Origin: Octopus vulgaris
Lineage: Eukaryota
Assembly: GCA_951406725.2 (NCBI GenBank)
Contig: OX597824.1
Coordinates: 12,028,001 to 12,092,000, forward strand
Reading direction: 5' to 3'
DNA: 64,000 bases
In this document: in pieces, positions 12,301 to 25,849 of the stretch
Numbering within the stretch: position 1 is the stretch's first letter
Layout: the number at the start of each line of letters is the position of its first letter
Position numbers and translations under genes: made by a program
The notes under the pieces: generated by a model
What the model was told of the DNA's origin: nothing
Seen by the model: only the letters and a program-made list of their open reading frames with translations
Database searches by the model: none

Positions 12301-12792
12301 GAGACCCCCATCGGTCACGACACAGACCATGGGATTGCACCTAGAAAGTTACCCTCCCAGGCACAAGTCCGGGCAAGGTTGCTTATGGAAGACCAGCAGT
12401 AGCTCATGCATACCGGCCTCTCCTCTCCACGCCATCAGTGTTATCCAAGGGAAAGGCAATGGCCGATACAGCTTGGCACCTGTGACATCATCATCATCAT
12501 CATCGTTTAACGTCCGCTTTCCATGCTAGCATGGGTTGAACGGTTCAACCGGGATCTGGGAAGCCAGAAGGCTGCACCAGGCCCCAGTCTGATCTGGCAG
12601 TGTTTCTACAGCTGGATGCCCTTCCTAACGCTAGCTGACGTCACAACTAATTTCTACAGCTGAGTGAACTGGAGCAACGTGAAATAAAGTGTCTTGCTCA
12701 AGAACACAACATGCAGCCCGGTCCGGGATTTGAGCCCACAACCTCACGATCGTAAGCTCGATGCTCTAACCACTGAGCCATGCGCCTTCACG
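12301..12792 (-). mobile_element. tRNA-derived CORE-type SINE (family E) interrupted by an RTE-tail fragment at about 12487-12632
   Basis: Minus strand head TGGCTCAGTGGTTAGAGC...GGCTCAAATCCC, then TGTGTTCTTGAGCAAGACACTTTA. Flanked by the direct repeat GTATTACTAT (TSD). Confidence 0.8.
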
Positions 12793-13455
12793 GTATTACT
12801 ATAGTAAGCAATAAATTGAAGCTTGTAGAGAATTACTATTACTGCATTTCTTCACCTTTTATTTATTTTGCTAATACTGGGTTAAATATTTTTCTTGATT
12901 ATGTAATGGAACAGAAGGAAGGTCATAATTAACATAGTTTTTATTGCAAGCCTTAATTATGTAAGTCATGAATCAAATTTCAAACTTGTTTTTAATCAGG
13001 TTCAACAACAGCAAAGTGCTTAATGTTATATAATTAACTAATTAAGTCTAATTTAAAATTTAAAAAAAAGTCAATTTCTAACTTTAGAAACAGTAAGCAG
13101 TTCCTCTTTTTACCTTAGTTCTGTTTAATATCAATATAATCCTCTCATTTGAAGCAATGCAAATTATGTACAACTTAAATTAGGTAACATCCTAATTAAT
13201 CCATTCATTACAATTTACAGTTATAAATGGAAGTCCAACTATTACACACACACACACACACACTCACCCATGTCCACTCCTCAACCACACAATTTGTTTG
13301 GCTTAACTGCTCTGCAAGCATTGATGATTGTTCTAAGAAGCTTACTTCATAACTGTGAGGTCTTAGTTTCAATCCAACTGAGTGATGCATTAGGTAGTCT
13401 TGGGCTGACCCAAATTTTGTAAGTAAAATCAGGCAGGCTAGATTATGGAAATTAC

Positions 13456-13835
13456 ACTCTTTTTACTCTTTTACTTGTTTCAGTCATTTGACTGCGGCCA
13501 TGCTGGAGCACTGCCTTTAGTCGAGCAAATCGACCCTAGGACTTATTCTTTGTAAGCCTAGTACTTATTCTATCGGTCTCTTTTGCCAAACCGCTAAGTT
13601 ACGGGGACGTAAACACACCAGCATCGTCAAGTGATGTTGGGGGGACAAACACATACACACACATATATATATACATATATACGACGGGCTTCTTTCAGTT
13701 TCCATCTACCAAATCCACTCACAAGCCTTTGATCGGCCCGAGGCTATAGTAGAAGACACTTGCCCAAGGTGCCACGCAGTGGGACTGAACCCGGAACCAT
13801 GTAGTTGGTAAGCAAGCTACTTACCACACAGCTAC
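13456..13835 (-). mobile_element. SINE-A, near full-length, young
   Basis: Close match to the copies at 17243, 41001 and 55780. Confidence 0.9.
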
Positions 13836-15442
13836 TGTATAATTTTCTTTTTTTTTTTTTGTCTTTTGGTCAGTGTTATTTCCTATTTGTATCTATCTAG
13901 AAATCAAAAGGAAATGACTACTATTCCATTTAAACTTTGCTTTTCTGACCTGGACATCAATGTTTTGAAACTGACCTATCTTCCATTATATTTCAGACAG
14001 ATTCCGCACTGAGTTGCTGAAGCAGAAATGACCATAATCACTTGAGCATGTCCCTTAGTGGCTGATGATACGTGCATCTCTGATGGTGAGTAGAGTAGTT
14101 AGGGGAGCATCATAGCCATATGTTGAGAGGGATTCTTTGGGGTTTGAATAAATGTAGCAAAAGCAAAGTTTAATAAAAATCATCATCATCATCATCATTG
14201 TTTAATGTCCGCTTTCCATGCTAGCATGGGTTGGATGATTTGACTGAGGGCTGGCGAACCAGATGGCTGCACCAGGCTCCATTCTTGATCTGGCAGAGTT
14301 TCTACAGCTGGATGCTCTTCCTAATGGCAACCACTCCGAGAGTATTATTCGCCATTTTTCACACTTTCTAGGAGTAAGCAAATAAGAAATAGCAGTTGCT
14401 ACTCAGTGTTATGGAAGTTCATTTGATGGACTGAATCAATAGTCCTAGGGGTCCAAACTGTCACAATATACCACTCATTCTGACTAGATTATGGTTAAGG
14501 GCACAAGTAACTGTGGAATACTCAGTCAGTTACTATAAGTCAATAAATAAATAGTTTGTTGATTGAACAACTGAAACTGATGAAGAATCTATTTACTTGG
14601 TACTCTATCGAAGCTTATTTCTAAGAAAATTGCAAGCTATTTTAGAATGTTCTGTCTATATTTTGGCACAAAAATAGACGTTGGTCTTTAGAGTCAGCCA
14701 ACAATTTATCACAGCCACCACAAGATGCTATCAGCTGAAATAAATGCTGGAAGGTATGCTTATTTTTGTCTGTATCAACATCTTAGTACAAACAGTCGTT
14801 ATATCAAATATGGTATTGTTGACTAAAATATAACTCCTTATGCAATAGACCTTGACTGATATTATTATTATTCAACATCTGTTTTCCATGCTGACCTGTG
14901 CTGGATGGTTCGACAAGAGCTGGCAAGCCAGAGGACTGTGCTGTACTATCTTCCCTGGAATAGTTTCTGTGGTTGGATGCCCTTCCTAATGCCAATCACT
15001 TTACAGAATCTGATGGATGTTTTCTAATGAAACACCAACAGCAGTGAGATCACCAAATAACTTTTTTTAAGACAAGATCCTTCAAATGAGGTGGAGGATA
15101 TTGTTGAAGGATAGAAAAAAAAAAGAGTCTTGCATTAAAGAAACAAGGATACCTCAGGTGGGGAAAGGAGAAAGAGATGGTGAAGACATAACAGGAATGG
15201 GGGTAAGTGAACCAGGGACTTGAGAGTATGAACGGCTGAGTGAGTTTAGGACTTTGTAAAAGGAGTGATAGATGGGGGTGGAGGTGATGAGTGGGCACAG
15301 GTAGAGGGAGGTGATATTAGGATATATGCTGCGAGGAAGAATGTTGTAGGATAGATTATAAGGAGAGATGATCTGCTACAAGTCTGTCAAACCAGGAAAC
15401 ACTTTTTTATTAAAGGCCTATTGGGTAAAGACTTGCCTTTAA

Positions 15443-15662
15443 TCCTTTCATTACTGTATTTATTTTGAGATGCTCTGTGTTTCTTTCAATTATTTTAAAT
15501 ATAACAAAGAATTTAGTAAAATAACTTAGTCATCAATAAGCTAGTGTTAAAAACATAAATTGTGACTAAGGCTTGGTGGAATATTTTAATTCAAAACTTA
15601 TGAAAACAAGACATTTTACCACAGAGCCAGAAGCAGTTTCAGCCGGGTAGGTAACAAAAGGG
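15443..15662. mobile_element. piggyBac-type MITE family 1
   Basis: TTAA flanks at 15439-15442 and 15663-15666. Confidence 0.8.
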
Positions 15663-16579
15663 TTAATCAACCACACCAAAATTTAATGAAGTTCCAGGAA
15701 AATTAGTTCCAAATGCCAACATACTTATAGTACTGTATGATTATAGACGAGAGAGAAAAAGAATAATAGTAATTACAGGATCACCAATGACCTTAAGATT
15801 GGCAATAGAAAGGTCACAGCTAAAACTCCTTTGATCATAGGTCTGTTGGACCAGGGCTGATCTGGGGATAAATAACAAACATTGTAAATAACTGAATTTG
15901 TGAAAGCAGGGCTTCCAAACTGCAGATATTTCTTGCTCGTAATTATGACCAGTATTTGACCTGTGTTGGTCAGTTGGAGAAGCCAAGATCACTGCTAAGT
16001 TCAGCCCGAGTGCTACACAAGAAGTTGTGTTTTGCACTGAAAAGAGTAAAAATAAACTGGCTGACATGCTACTTATCTAACACAAACATGTCTAAAAGAT
16101 TCAGTCGTACTTCAGAGCATTCCTGTGGTTTTAACCTAAATTAATCTAATATTAGGCCCTTTGTGAACAGACTGCAGTAATATTAATTCATATAAAGTAT
16201 AAACTTACAAACGAACTCTCAATCAGATATGAAGACAAAAGTGAAATGAGATAGCCATTATAATAAATATTCCAGTAATCCCATTATACCGTTACAATCT
16301 ATCTCTCTTTAATCCTTTAACATTCAGATTACCCAAATGTATTGTTTATTTATTCACATAGTTCTGAATTAGTCATGCATTATCTCATACCTTTGACATT
16401 CTAATGATGTAATTGTTTATTTTTAGAATGACATTGTTGGGCAAGTGTGAGAGGCCAGATCGCGCCAGTTTGGGCTGGATATGGCAGTTTAAATGTTAAT
16501 CTGTTAAATTTGCAATCTAATATTATTAAAAAATATAAAACAATGAGAAACTTCATTATGAAATATATCTGCATATGTA

Positions 16580-16765
16580 AAAAACACCCACTACACTGTC
16601 GGAGTGGTTGGTGTTAGGAAGGGCATCCAGCTGTAGAAACTCTGCCAGACCAAGATTGGAGCCTGGTGCATCCATCTGGTTTGCCAGCCCTCAGTCAAAA
16701 TCGTCCAACCCATGCTAGCATGGAAAGCGGACGTTAAACGATGATGATGATGATGATGATGATGA
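16580..16765 (+). mobile_element. RTE-LINE 3' tail (family C); other copies at about 14180, 14870, 19743, 22735, 32230, 32648 and 42187
   Basis: GTTAGGAAGGGCATCCAGCTGTAGAAAC...CCATGCTAGCATGGAAAGCGGACGTTAAAC(GAT)n, the same tail as the ORF-bearing copy at 51530. Confidence 0.85.
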
Positions 16766-17242
16766 TATATAGAATCCACACTTCCTGCAGCTCACTTCTC
16801 TCACTTGGATATTAGCTACAAAGACTTCAATTCCTCTTGTTGAAAATTTCCCACCCTCAAATACAGATTTCCTCCACTGTCCTCCAACTATCAACAACTG
16901 TTTGACTGTGTCACTTCCAGCATTGAAAACATCTTATTTTACTTCACCCTTCTACAAAGTCACTGTCCACAGTGATTTCAATACTTATAACTCTTCTTGG
17001 TTTTCATATTCATTCTATACTGACACCACTAGTTCTTAAATTGAATCTTTTGTAATCTTCAATTCTCTACATGTATTTCTGACCAACACACAGATCCTTC
17101 ATCGCTTTCTCTCCTCCAAACCCAACCTCTACTCAACTCAAAACCAAACTCATTTCTGCACTTCTCAGATCATCCAACAACTGCCTAATTAAGACCGTCC
17201 ATTACTCATATCCATACACTACACAATATCCCTTCCCCACTA

Positions 17243-17397
17243 CTCTTTTACTTGTTTCAGTCATTTGACTGTGGCCATGCTGGAGCACTGCCTTTAGTCG
17301 AGCAAATCGACCCCAGGACATTTTCTTTGTAAGCCTAGTATTTATTCTATCAGTCTCTTTTGCTGAACTGCTAAGTTACGGGGACGTAAACACAGAC

Positions 17398-17432
<35 letters not shown>

Positions 17433-17600
17433 TATACGATGGGCTTCTTTCAGTTTCCATCTACCAAACCCACTCACAAGGCTTTGGTCAGCCCGAGGCT
17501 ATAGTAGAAGACACTTGCCCAAGGTGCCACACAGTGGGACTGAACCCAGAACCATGTAGTTGGTAAGCAAGCTACTTACCACACAGCCACTCCTATGCCT
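17243..17600 (-). mobile_element. SINE-A copy
   Basis: Family A head, central TA repeat and tail. Confidence 0.88.
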
Positions 17601-18079
17601 AGCTGAACTTGATGGCACATCAAATCAACTGATTGGATGGAGCTCCATCAATTTTATGCTATCCCTGGTAACAGATATGTTTTACCTTTGACCCAACAGA
17701 AATAGCTGAGCAGGTGAGTGAAACCATCCTCTCCAGCATATTCTTCCACATCCCGCACACAACAGGCTTATAGCCCCAAATACCCCAGAAATGCAACTAC
17801 TGCAAGATCAGCTTGAAAACCATGAAGGGTACCTTTGTGCAATAAAACACAGCTTGAAAGCTATCCCCTGTCTCAAATTACACCCAATACTTTTTGGTTC
17901 TTTTCCAAAAATTCTCCTTTCTTCTATTTCTCAACCATAAAAATTTCGTAAGCAGTACCCCTGTGGAGGAAGTCTCTAAATGTGCAGCTTACTCCACATC
18001 CAACACCATACAGCATGTACTAGGTAAATCTCCAAAATTATCCTCTTCCACTACACCAGCCGCATCATTATGCACACTT

Positions 18080-18330
18080 GCACATTAAGTGCAAAAGTTC
18101 CTCCAGCTGCTTCAAACCAACAAAGCCACCAACCCTGACAATGTCCCTTCCACCCCAAACAAAATATCCCTGTTCTCAACAAGCTTTTCAATCTCTCCCT
18201 CTCTCTAGAACTCCTTTGATTCTGTTAACAACCACACTATTGCATTCGCTACACAATCCTTTCTTTCCAGAATACTGGCCCTCAGAAATTCCTTCCTCTG
18301 TAAATGTTTTTCCAGCATTCAAATTATAAA
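18080..18330 (+). pseudogene. Heavily decayed non-LTR retrotransposon RT remnant
   Basis: One frame gives VQKFLQLLQTNKATNPDNVP (compare KAxGPDxIP); another gives NKLFNLSLS. Confidence 0.45.
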
Positions 18331-18424
18331 AATTTAAGAGGGACATTAATGTCGTCACTCTCAAAATCTGAGAGCCTTGTGAAGACCAAGGGCACAGTCC
18401 CTTTCTTCAGAGCTTACACACACA

Positions 18425-18581
18425 GGTGTAGGCATGGCTGTGGTCAAGAAGCTTGCTTCTTAACATGGTTTCAGGTTTAGCCCTACAGTGTGGCACCATG
18501 GGCAAGAGTCTTCTACCATAGCCTTGGGCCAACCAAAGCTTTGTGAGTGGATTTGGTAGATGGAAACTGAAAGAGCCCAAC

Positions 18582-18613
<32 letters not shown>

Positions 18614-18862
18614 AGGTATGTGAGTGTGTGTATGTTTGTGACTCCTTGTCTTGACAATGCCTGATAGTTATAAATGAGTGTCACTGTCATACAAGCAATA
18701 TTATTTCCAATATTTTGCAAAAAATATGCCTAGGCATGGGGAAATATTACTGTTTGGAAACAGGTGAGAGTTGGTGACAGGAAAGGCATCTGGTCATAGA
18801 AAATCTACAACAAATTCTGTCCAACCTATGCGAACACAGAAAAGTAGATGTTATGATGATGA
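18425..18862 (+). mobile_element. SINE-A2 (family A head with an RTE-like tail); others at about 23400-23780(-), 44950-45255(-), 49900-50340(+) and 51070-51455(+)
   Basis: Family A 5' half up to the microsatellite, then a different middle ending GGAAAGGCATC...AAGTAGATGTTA(TGA)n. Confidence 0.75.
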
Positions 18863-20220
18863 TGGTGGTGGTGGTGGTTATATGTACGTCAGAACACTGT
18901 GCTTATCAATGGTAATTCCTGGTTGAAAGGATCTTGTTCACTCTACATTCTACAATTTCACCTCCAGCCTCTCTGTTTAGATACTTGTAACACTGCCAAA
19001 CCATTCATCAATAAGTGACATCATCGTCTACATTTAGAAGAAAACTACCCCTTACTCTAAATGTGTAACGGTTCATTTTGTGTGTCCCAGTTACCTGTAC
19101 TATTAATGGCTTTACCCAACATGTATAGTCTACATTTCATACAGTTATATAAACACAGCTTTCTTGCATACATCAAACAATATTATGATACATAATCTCT
19201 TTATCTACGCATAACTATTTAACTGCTGTCTAGGTTAAGTCAGTCCTCGATCCAGCAGAATAATGATAAAAGGCATTCCAATCTCAACAATCCAGACTAT
19301 TATACAATAGTAGTGTAATTTAGAACTACATTTATGTTCTTCCTTTTCTTTAAGGGTATAGTTCCAAGAATGTGCAGTTGCTATTTCTAGTAACCGGTGT
19401 AACTACCTGGTTCAAATAGCTTTTGAAGACAAAGTATAAATGAATTAAGGAAAAGATTGAAAATAATGGATTTTTCAAATAAGATTTTATGTATGTTGTG
19501 TGTACACACACACACACACAATCAACATTCACTTTTCTATGCTTGAATAGGTTGGATGGAGTTTATGGAGGTAGATTTTCTATGGCTGGATATCCTTGTT
19601 GTCGCCAACACTTAACCGTTTCCAAGCAAGGTAATATTTCCTTAGAGCCAGGCACGATTTTTGCAGAGTATTGGAAAGAATGACATTCATTTATCACACA
19701 ATATCAAGGCAAAGAGATACAGACAAATACATACACACACACATCATCATCATCATCGTTTAATGTCCGTTTTCCATGCTAACATGAGTTGGACGGTTTG
19801 ACTGGGGTCTGGGAGGCCAGGAGACTGCACCAGGATCCAGTCTGATCTGGCAGAGTTTCTACAGCTGGATACCCTTCCTAACACCAACCACTCCGTAAGT
19901 GTAGTGGGTGCTTTTTACATGCCACCAGCACAGGTGCCAGGGGAGGCTGGCAACGGTCATGATCGGTTGGTGCTTTATACGTTCCACCGGCACGACATAT
20001 ACGCATGACATGCAGGGACATGGCTTTGTGGTTTCAATTCCTGGGCTAGGTGACATGTTGTGCTTTTGAGCAAAACACTTCATTTCACATTGCTCCAGCT
20101 CACCCAGCTGGCAAAAATGAATAATCCTGCAATGGATCAGCATGCCATCCAGGGAAGAATATATATGTCACAGAATCTAGGAAACCAGCCTTATGAGCCT
20201 ATGAGTTGGGAAGAACCATA

Positions 20221-20263
<43 letters not shown>

Positions 20264-20470
20264 AATGACAGGTATCTTTCAAATCTACTCACAAGGTTTT
20301 GTTCAGCCCAGGACTATGGTAAAAGACATTTGACCAAGGTGCCATGCCATAGGACTGAGTCTGAAACTATGTGGTCCAGTAGCAGACTTTTTAACCACGC
20401 TAATATGACTGGCTGCCAAAGATAAAAACCAACACACCACATCATCATATTATATATATATATATATATA

Positions 20471-20827
20471 TCTTTATATATAAAAGTAAGGTTGTGTGTC
20501 TGTCTCCTACGATTTAGATTCCTAACTACTCCCACATTTTGCGGTGCAGTTTAACCAAAACCGGGTATCTTATAGTCTACGATGAGTCTACGATTTAAAA
20601 AAAAAATTACCATCATTTTTTTCCATTTTAATGCATTTTTTCGCTATTATATAAGGGAAGTAACTTTCTAAAAATGTCTACGATGAGTCAACGATTTAAA
20701 AAAAAATTTACCATAATTTTTTTTCATTTTTAATGCATTTTTTGCTATTTTTTGGCTATAACTCTCTAAAAATGCTTATATAGTTATTTCCCTTACAAAC
20801 CCGAGCAACGCCGGGCAATACTGCTAG
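20471..20827 (+). mobile_element. Non-autonomous Helitron, 357 bp
   Basis: 5' end A|TCTTTATATATAAAAG, subterminal hairpin CCCGAGCAACGCCGGG, 3' end CTAG|T, inserted in a TA run. Internal duplication of about 65 bp (about 20575 and 20676). Confidence 0.88.
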
Positions 20828-20884
20828 TATATATATATATATCCATAAACATTGTGTGTGTACACAGCACGCACGCACAAAACC

Positions 20885-22620
20885 ATGGTCAAAAGTCTGA
20901 ATAAAAGCAAAAATAAGGTCATGAAGATAAAAAAATAAGGAATGTATTTTCTAATAACAGAAGCAGATAAATTGAGAACGGTTAACTAAAAGTACAAACA
21001 TCAATATCATTCTGCTCGATACTTGGAATGGTATTCCTCTCTGCCTGCAATACAGCAGCAATGCAGTCAGGCATGATTTCAAACAATTTTTTGCAGTAAT
21101 CTGCAGCTATTTCCTGCAACGTCTGCTATTTTAAATCTGAAATTGCTGAAGCATTATAAGCTGCAATTTGCATTTTGATGTGACCCTTTGCATTTTCTGT
21201 AAGGTTCAAGCCAGGATTTGATTCTGTCTATCAACCAAATTAGTTCTGAGCCAGTTTTTCACATATTTTGCAGAATGTCATGGTGTACCATCCAGTTGGA
21301 ATATAGTGCTATTATGGATGAGTATATGAGTAGGCAACTTAGCAAAATTATCACAGAATGGGGATTAAATTATTTCTTTATTGCCCACAAGGGACTAAAT
21401 AAAGAGGGGACAAACAAGGACGGACAAAGGGATTAAGTTGATTACATTGACCGCAGTGCGTAACTGGTACTTACTTAATCGACCCCGAAAGGATGAAAGG
21501 CTAAGTTGACCTGGGTGGAATTTGAACACAGAATGTAGTGGCAGACGAAATACCTATTTCTTTATTACTCACAAGGGGCTAAACATAGAGGGGACAAACA
21601 AGGACAGACATAGGTATTAAGTCGATTACATCGACTCCAGTGCATAACTGGTACTTATTTAATTGACCCCGAAAGGATGAAGGCTAAGTTGACCTTGGTG
21701 GAATTTGAACTCAGAACGTAGCAGCAGACGAAATACCGCTAAGCATTTCACCCGGGCGTGCTAACAATTCTGCCAGCTCACCGCCTTAAAGAATCACAGA
21801 ATGAAGATTAAAACTAGCAAGCTACATACTCCAGCTATCAGACCAAAGCATCTTTCAAATGGACTTCACCGGAGGGAAAGAGAGGAAGACTGAAAACTAT
21901 AAGGAACAGTAGAATATTTGTAACCGATATGAGAGCAGTATAATATTGATGTTTGTACTTTTAGTTCACATGACTAGATGCAGAGAAAACTAAAACTACA
22001 GCCAACAGGAACCAATGGCATCAACATACTGCCCTATGTGCTTCAGAGCACAGGAGGAACTAATACCGATGAGAGTGGACAACTTCTTCAGTAATACCCT
22101 GGTAGGTTTTAGGGTTTATAGCTTTAACCTGGAACCAAGTGGTTGGCAAGCCAGCTTCTTAACCACACAGCCATGCCAGAGTAATCTAAATGCTACGGAG
22201 TTAAACAAGTCCTCCTTGACCTAATTTTTTAATCACCCAACAAGACTGAAAACAACCCAAGACACGTTTTTTGACCCCGATACGCTGGTTGTTTTTGCTG
22301 TATGTTTTGCAATGAGATTGAAATCTTCCTACAACAAATATCTTATTGCATTTTGCTTTGCTGACAACCGTGCTTCAATGGCACTGCTAAATGTAAGCGG
22401 GATGCGGTACAAAGGCACTGAATCATACACATACAGTGAGTTTGCACAGTGTTGGCATGAGGTCTGCCAGATCTGCCAAATGATTTGTATCCACTTGTCT
22501 GAGAATAGAGAAGCTTTGTGGACAGCACCACCACCACCAGATAAATTTAACTGAGTTGATGTCTTCTAGAATGTGAGCCTATTGTTATGTAAAGCGATAA
22601 TTTGAGACAATTCCATAAAT
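20885..22620 (-). pseudogene. Decayed Tc1-family transposase remnant, split by a SINE-B dimer
   Basis: Minus-strand fragments read SQIIALHNN (N-terminal HTH-like), IFQLDGTP*HSAKYVKNWL, NPGLNLTEN (compare SPDLNPIEN) and CKKLFEIMPDCIAAVLQA (compare LxxSMPxRxxAV). Confidence 0.6.
21370..21788 (-). mobile_element. SINE-B head-to-tail dimer
   Basis: Two body-plus-tail units joined at AAAGAAATAG|GTATTTCGTCTGCC (minus strand). Flanked by the imperfect TSD ATCACAGAATG(GG/AA)GATTAAA. Confidence 0.85.
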
Positions 22621-24156
22621 TTATAAAATATTGATATAAGCAGCTGTATCTTAAATGTCATGTAGAAGTTGAAATTATAAAAATATTCCATCATTTATGT
22701 AATATAATATAAATTAACTTGGTTACTTGCAAATATCATCATCGTTTAGCATCTGCTCCCTATTCTGGCATGGGTTGGATGGTTTGACATGGAGCTATCC
22801 AGACTCCAGTTGTCTGTTGAAGCATTGTTTCTACGGCTGGATGCCCTTCCTAACACCAACCAATTAACAGTAGGTTGGGTGCTTTTTACATGCCACTAGT
22901 AAACGATTTACTTTTTATCCTTATATCAAAAAATATTTCACAAAATTCTAAATTTCCTCAACGTATTCAGATGCTTCACAAGGACCATCTATCCAAACAC
23001 ACACACACACACACTTGAAAAGCAGAGAGATAACTATGGATAACTGCTCTGAAACCTCCAGCTTTTATATCCGGATTACAAATTTATATTTAAATCACTC
23101 ATAATTGGTGCAGTTGGTTTTGTGAGCAAATGCTTAGCTGACAGTCTAGATAAACTTGGATTTCCAGAAAAAGAAACCAGTCAACTTCAACATTACAAAT
23201 ACAATCTATAAATGGAATGGTAAAAATATGCAAGACTTTTCTCAAGTTTAAAATATGGTATTGTTTTCATTATCTACATTCCAACAATGGAGATCTGTAT
23301 GTTAGTTAGAAACCAGCTCCTTCCCCAGAGGAAGGGCTTAAATAATCAAAATCAGAAGAGAACATACATAAATACAATCATGCATGCATACATACATTAA
23401 TTTTAATGTCTGTTTTTTTCCATGCTTGTATGGGTTAGACAAATATGTTACTGTTTTTCAGGTGGGTGTCCTCCTTTTTGTTGACCTTTTTCAGTTTTCA
23501 AGATATCTCTTATTTCACAGAGCTCCAACCGAATAATTTGTTAGTAAGAGAATTGCAATAACAGAAACACTGTTCACATGTTGGAACTTCCATACAAGTG
23601 AGCACAATCACACACACACACACACACACACAAGAGTCCTCTTATGATTTCCACGTACCAAATCCACTCACAAGGCTTTGGATGGTATGGGACTACAGTA
23701 GAAAATATTTGTCCATGGCGCTGCACAGCAGGACTGATCCTGAAGCCATACGGTTGAGAAGTAAACACCTTAACCACACAACCATATATGTAAAGCTTGT
23801 ACCATGATAAAATGCACCCAGTACCTTCTGAAAGTGGGTGGAAAAGTTAAGAGAAGCCAGTCATAGAAAACATGCCAGAAATGGCATGTACAAGCACAGT
23901 ATGGTTCCTGGCCAGCAAAGGATTGGGGAGGGGGCAATAACAGAATGGGAATTAAGTCAGTGACAACCCACACAATCCATGCCAGCATGAAAATGCAAAT
24001 GTAAAATGATAATTAGAGAGTGAGTGTGTGTGTATCTATACACACAAAAACACACCAAAAACTTGAAGTATTTCAAATGAAATACAATTATGCGTCACCC
24101 TTATATTTTCAGTAGACATGGAAAAAAAAAAAAAAAAAAGAAAGCCTTCAACTTAC

Positions 24157-24254
24157 ATGCTTTGGGGTGATTCCGCAGATAATGCAACAGCAGGGTCCAA
24201 ATGTATCTTATATGGACGTCCATATACCCGTAAAAATTGAGTAGGGTCCTGTTT
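24157..24254 (-). CDS. CLASRP: CLASRP internal coding exon, 98 nt (KQDPTQFLRVYGRPYKIHLDPAVALSAESPQS-M)
   Basis: Minus strand reads poly-T...ccttacag|AAACAGGAC...CAAAGCAT|gtaagt. The translation matches the CLASRP/SFRS16 N-terminus as I recall it (human KKDPAQFLQVHGRACKVHLDSAVALAAESPVNM). Starts in phase 0, ends in phase 2. Confidence 0.95.
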
Positions 24255-25723
24255 CTGTAAGGTAAAAAAAAAAAAAAAAATCAAAATCAAATAAACATAA
24301 GCTACAACTAGTGAATCTTTTTTCTGCCATAAAGTTTTAATCTTACCTCATGTTCTCCAGTCTATAATCTTACAATGGTAGTACCTTGTTATTACATCTT
24401 TACAGTTTACTTATAGAATAGCAACCCTTGTAATAATTTTTTTTAACTAATGCTAGCCAACCAAAGGAAGACATACCAGTAATATAAGTTTACATATGAT
24501 ACCTACACCTGAATATATCAATGAATTCTTCCCACTAGCAATTCATTAAATATCTTTAAAGAAGAGATCTGTACTTTAGTATTCAGTAAGACATGAAGAC
24601 TTTGCTTTGAAGGTTCAACTAATTGAGACCAACATACTGGAATATTTATAATTTATAAGTATGGGTTATCTTTTTTTTTATTCAGTCATTGGACCATGGC
24701 CATGCTGTGGTCCAATGACTGAAATTAGGGTTAGGATTAAGGCAGTGTCCCAGCTTGTGTGAAGGGTCTAGTTTAGCAAATTAACCCCAGCACTTCTCTT
24801 CAAGTCTAGTACTTAACAGTTTGGTAAAAAGAGATCAATAAACTAAGTTATGGGGATGTAAAGAAACCAACAGCAGTTGACAAGCACACACACATACAGT
24901 GGACTTTCACACAATTTCTGTTGACTAAATCCACTCACAAGGCCTTGGTCAACCTGCAACCATAATAGAAGACACTTGCTCATGGTGCCATGCAGTGGAA
25001 CTGAACCTGAAACAATGTGGTTGCAAAGCAAGCTTCTTAACCACACAGCCATGCCCACTTCCGTGTAAGAATTCGAGTGACAAGGTTCAGGTGAGACAAC
25101 ACCAGTAACATGTTAGTTAACCCAATGTTAACGACAATAAACATCATTAAATACTGGCATATTAACTTTTTCTTTTTCTTTCCTTTTTTTTAAAGAAATT
25201 TTCATCTTTATAATTAATGACAGTCTGTTAACTGAATCTTGAATATTTCTAATATTTTTGTATCTAAAGTGTTGGAAGCAAATATATTTATAAATTACAG
25301 AGTGTCTTTTATCAAGAGTAGCCATTCAACTGTGGAGGAAATTTTTAATGCTTATTTCAGTTAGGCAGACTGAAGCAAGCAGACTAATGTGTAGTGCTTA
25401 AGAACTTAGCACAATGAATAATATAAATGGAAACTGGAAACCAGGTCAACCAGACTCTGCTTGCTGAGAGCCTATCTCTATTGCTTCACATTTACTGTAC
25501 TTCTACACAATACTTCTAAAGAAGAAAAAATTTTTTAATCCCAACCCAGGAATGAATGCATCCTGTTACCAAAACAGGAGAAATTATGAAAATTAAAGAA
25601 TACAAAATATGTTGACAATGTTTCACTTTCCAAAAATGCAAATTCATCTTTTTGTAACTCTTCATTCATATTCTATATTTTCTTGTTTTTTGTATTTTTT
25701 TTTTGTATTAAGTTAAATGAATT

Positions 25724-25849
<126 letters not shown>

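Larger units (their letters stand above)
2457..24156 (-). other. CLASRP: CLASRP intron, 21,700 nt, GT-AG
   Basis: Bounded by the two in-frame exons, whose peptides are contiguous in known CLASRP proteins. Confidence 0.85.

Noticed and set aside
12700-12792. tRNA gene (likewise the heads at about 38570-38648 and of SINE-A/B)
   Set aside because: A and B boxes are present, but I could not build a full cloverleaf, and the heads continue into SINE bodies with TSDs.
14578-14625. CTGATGA as a hammerhead ribozyme core
   Set aside because: No stem II followed by GAAA, and no closing stems were found.
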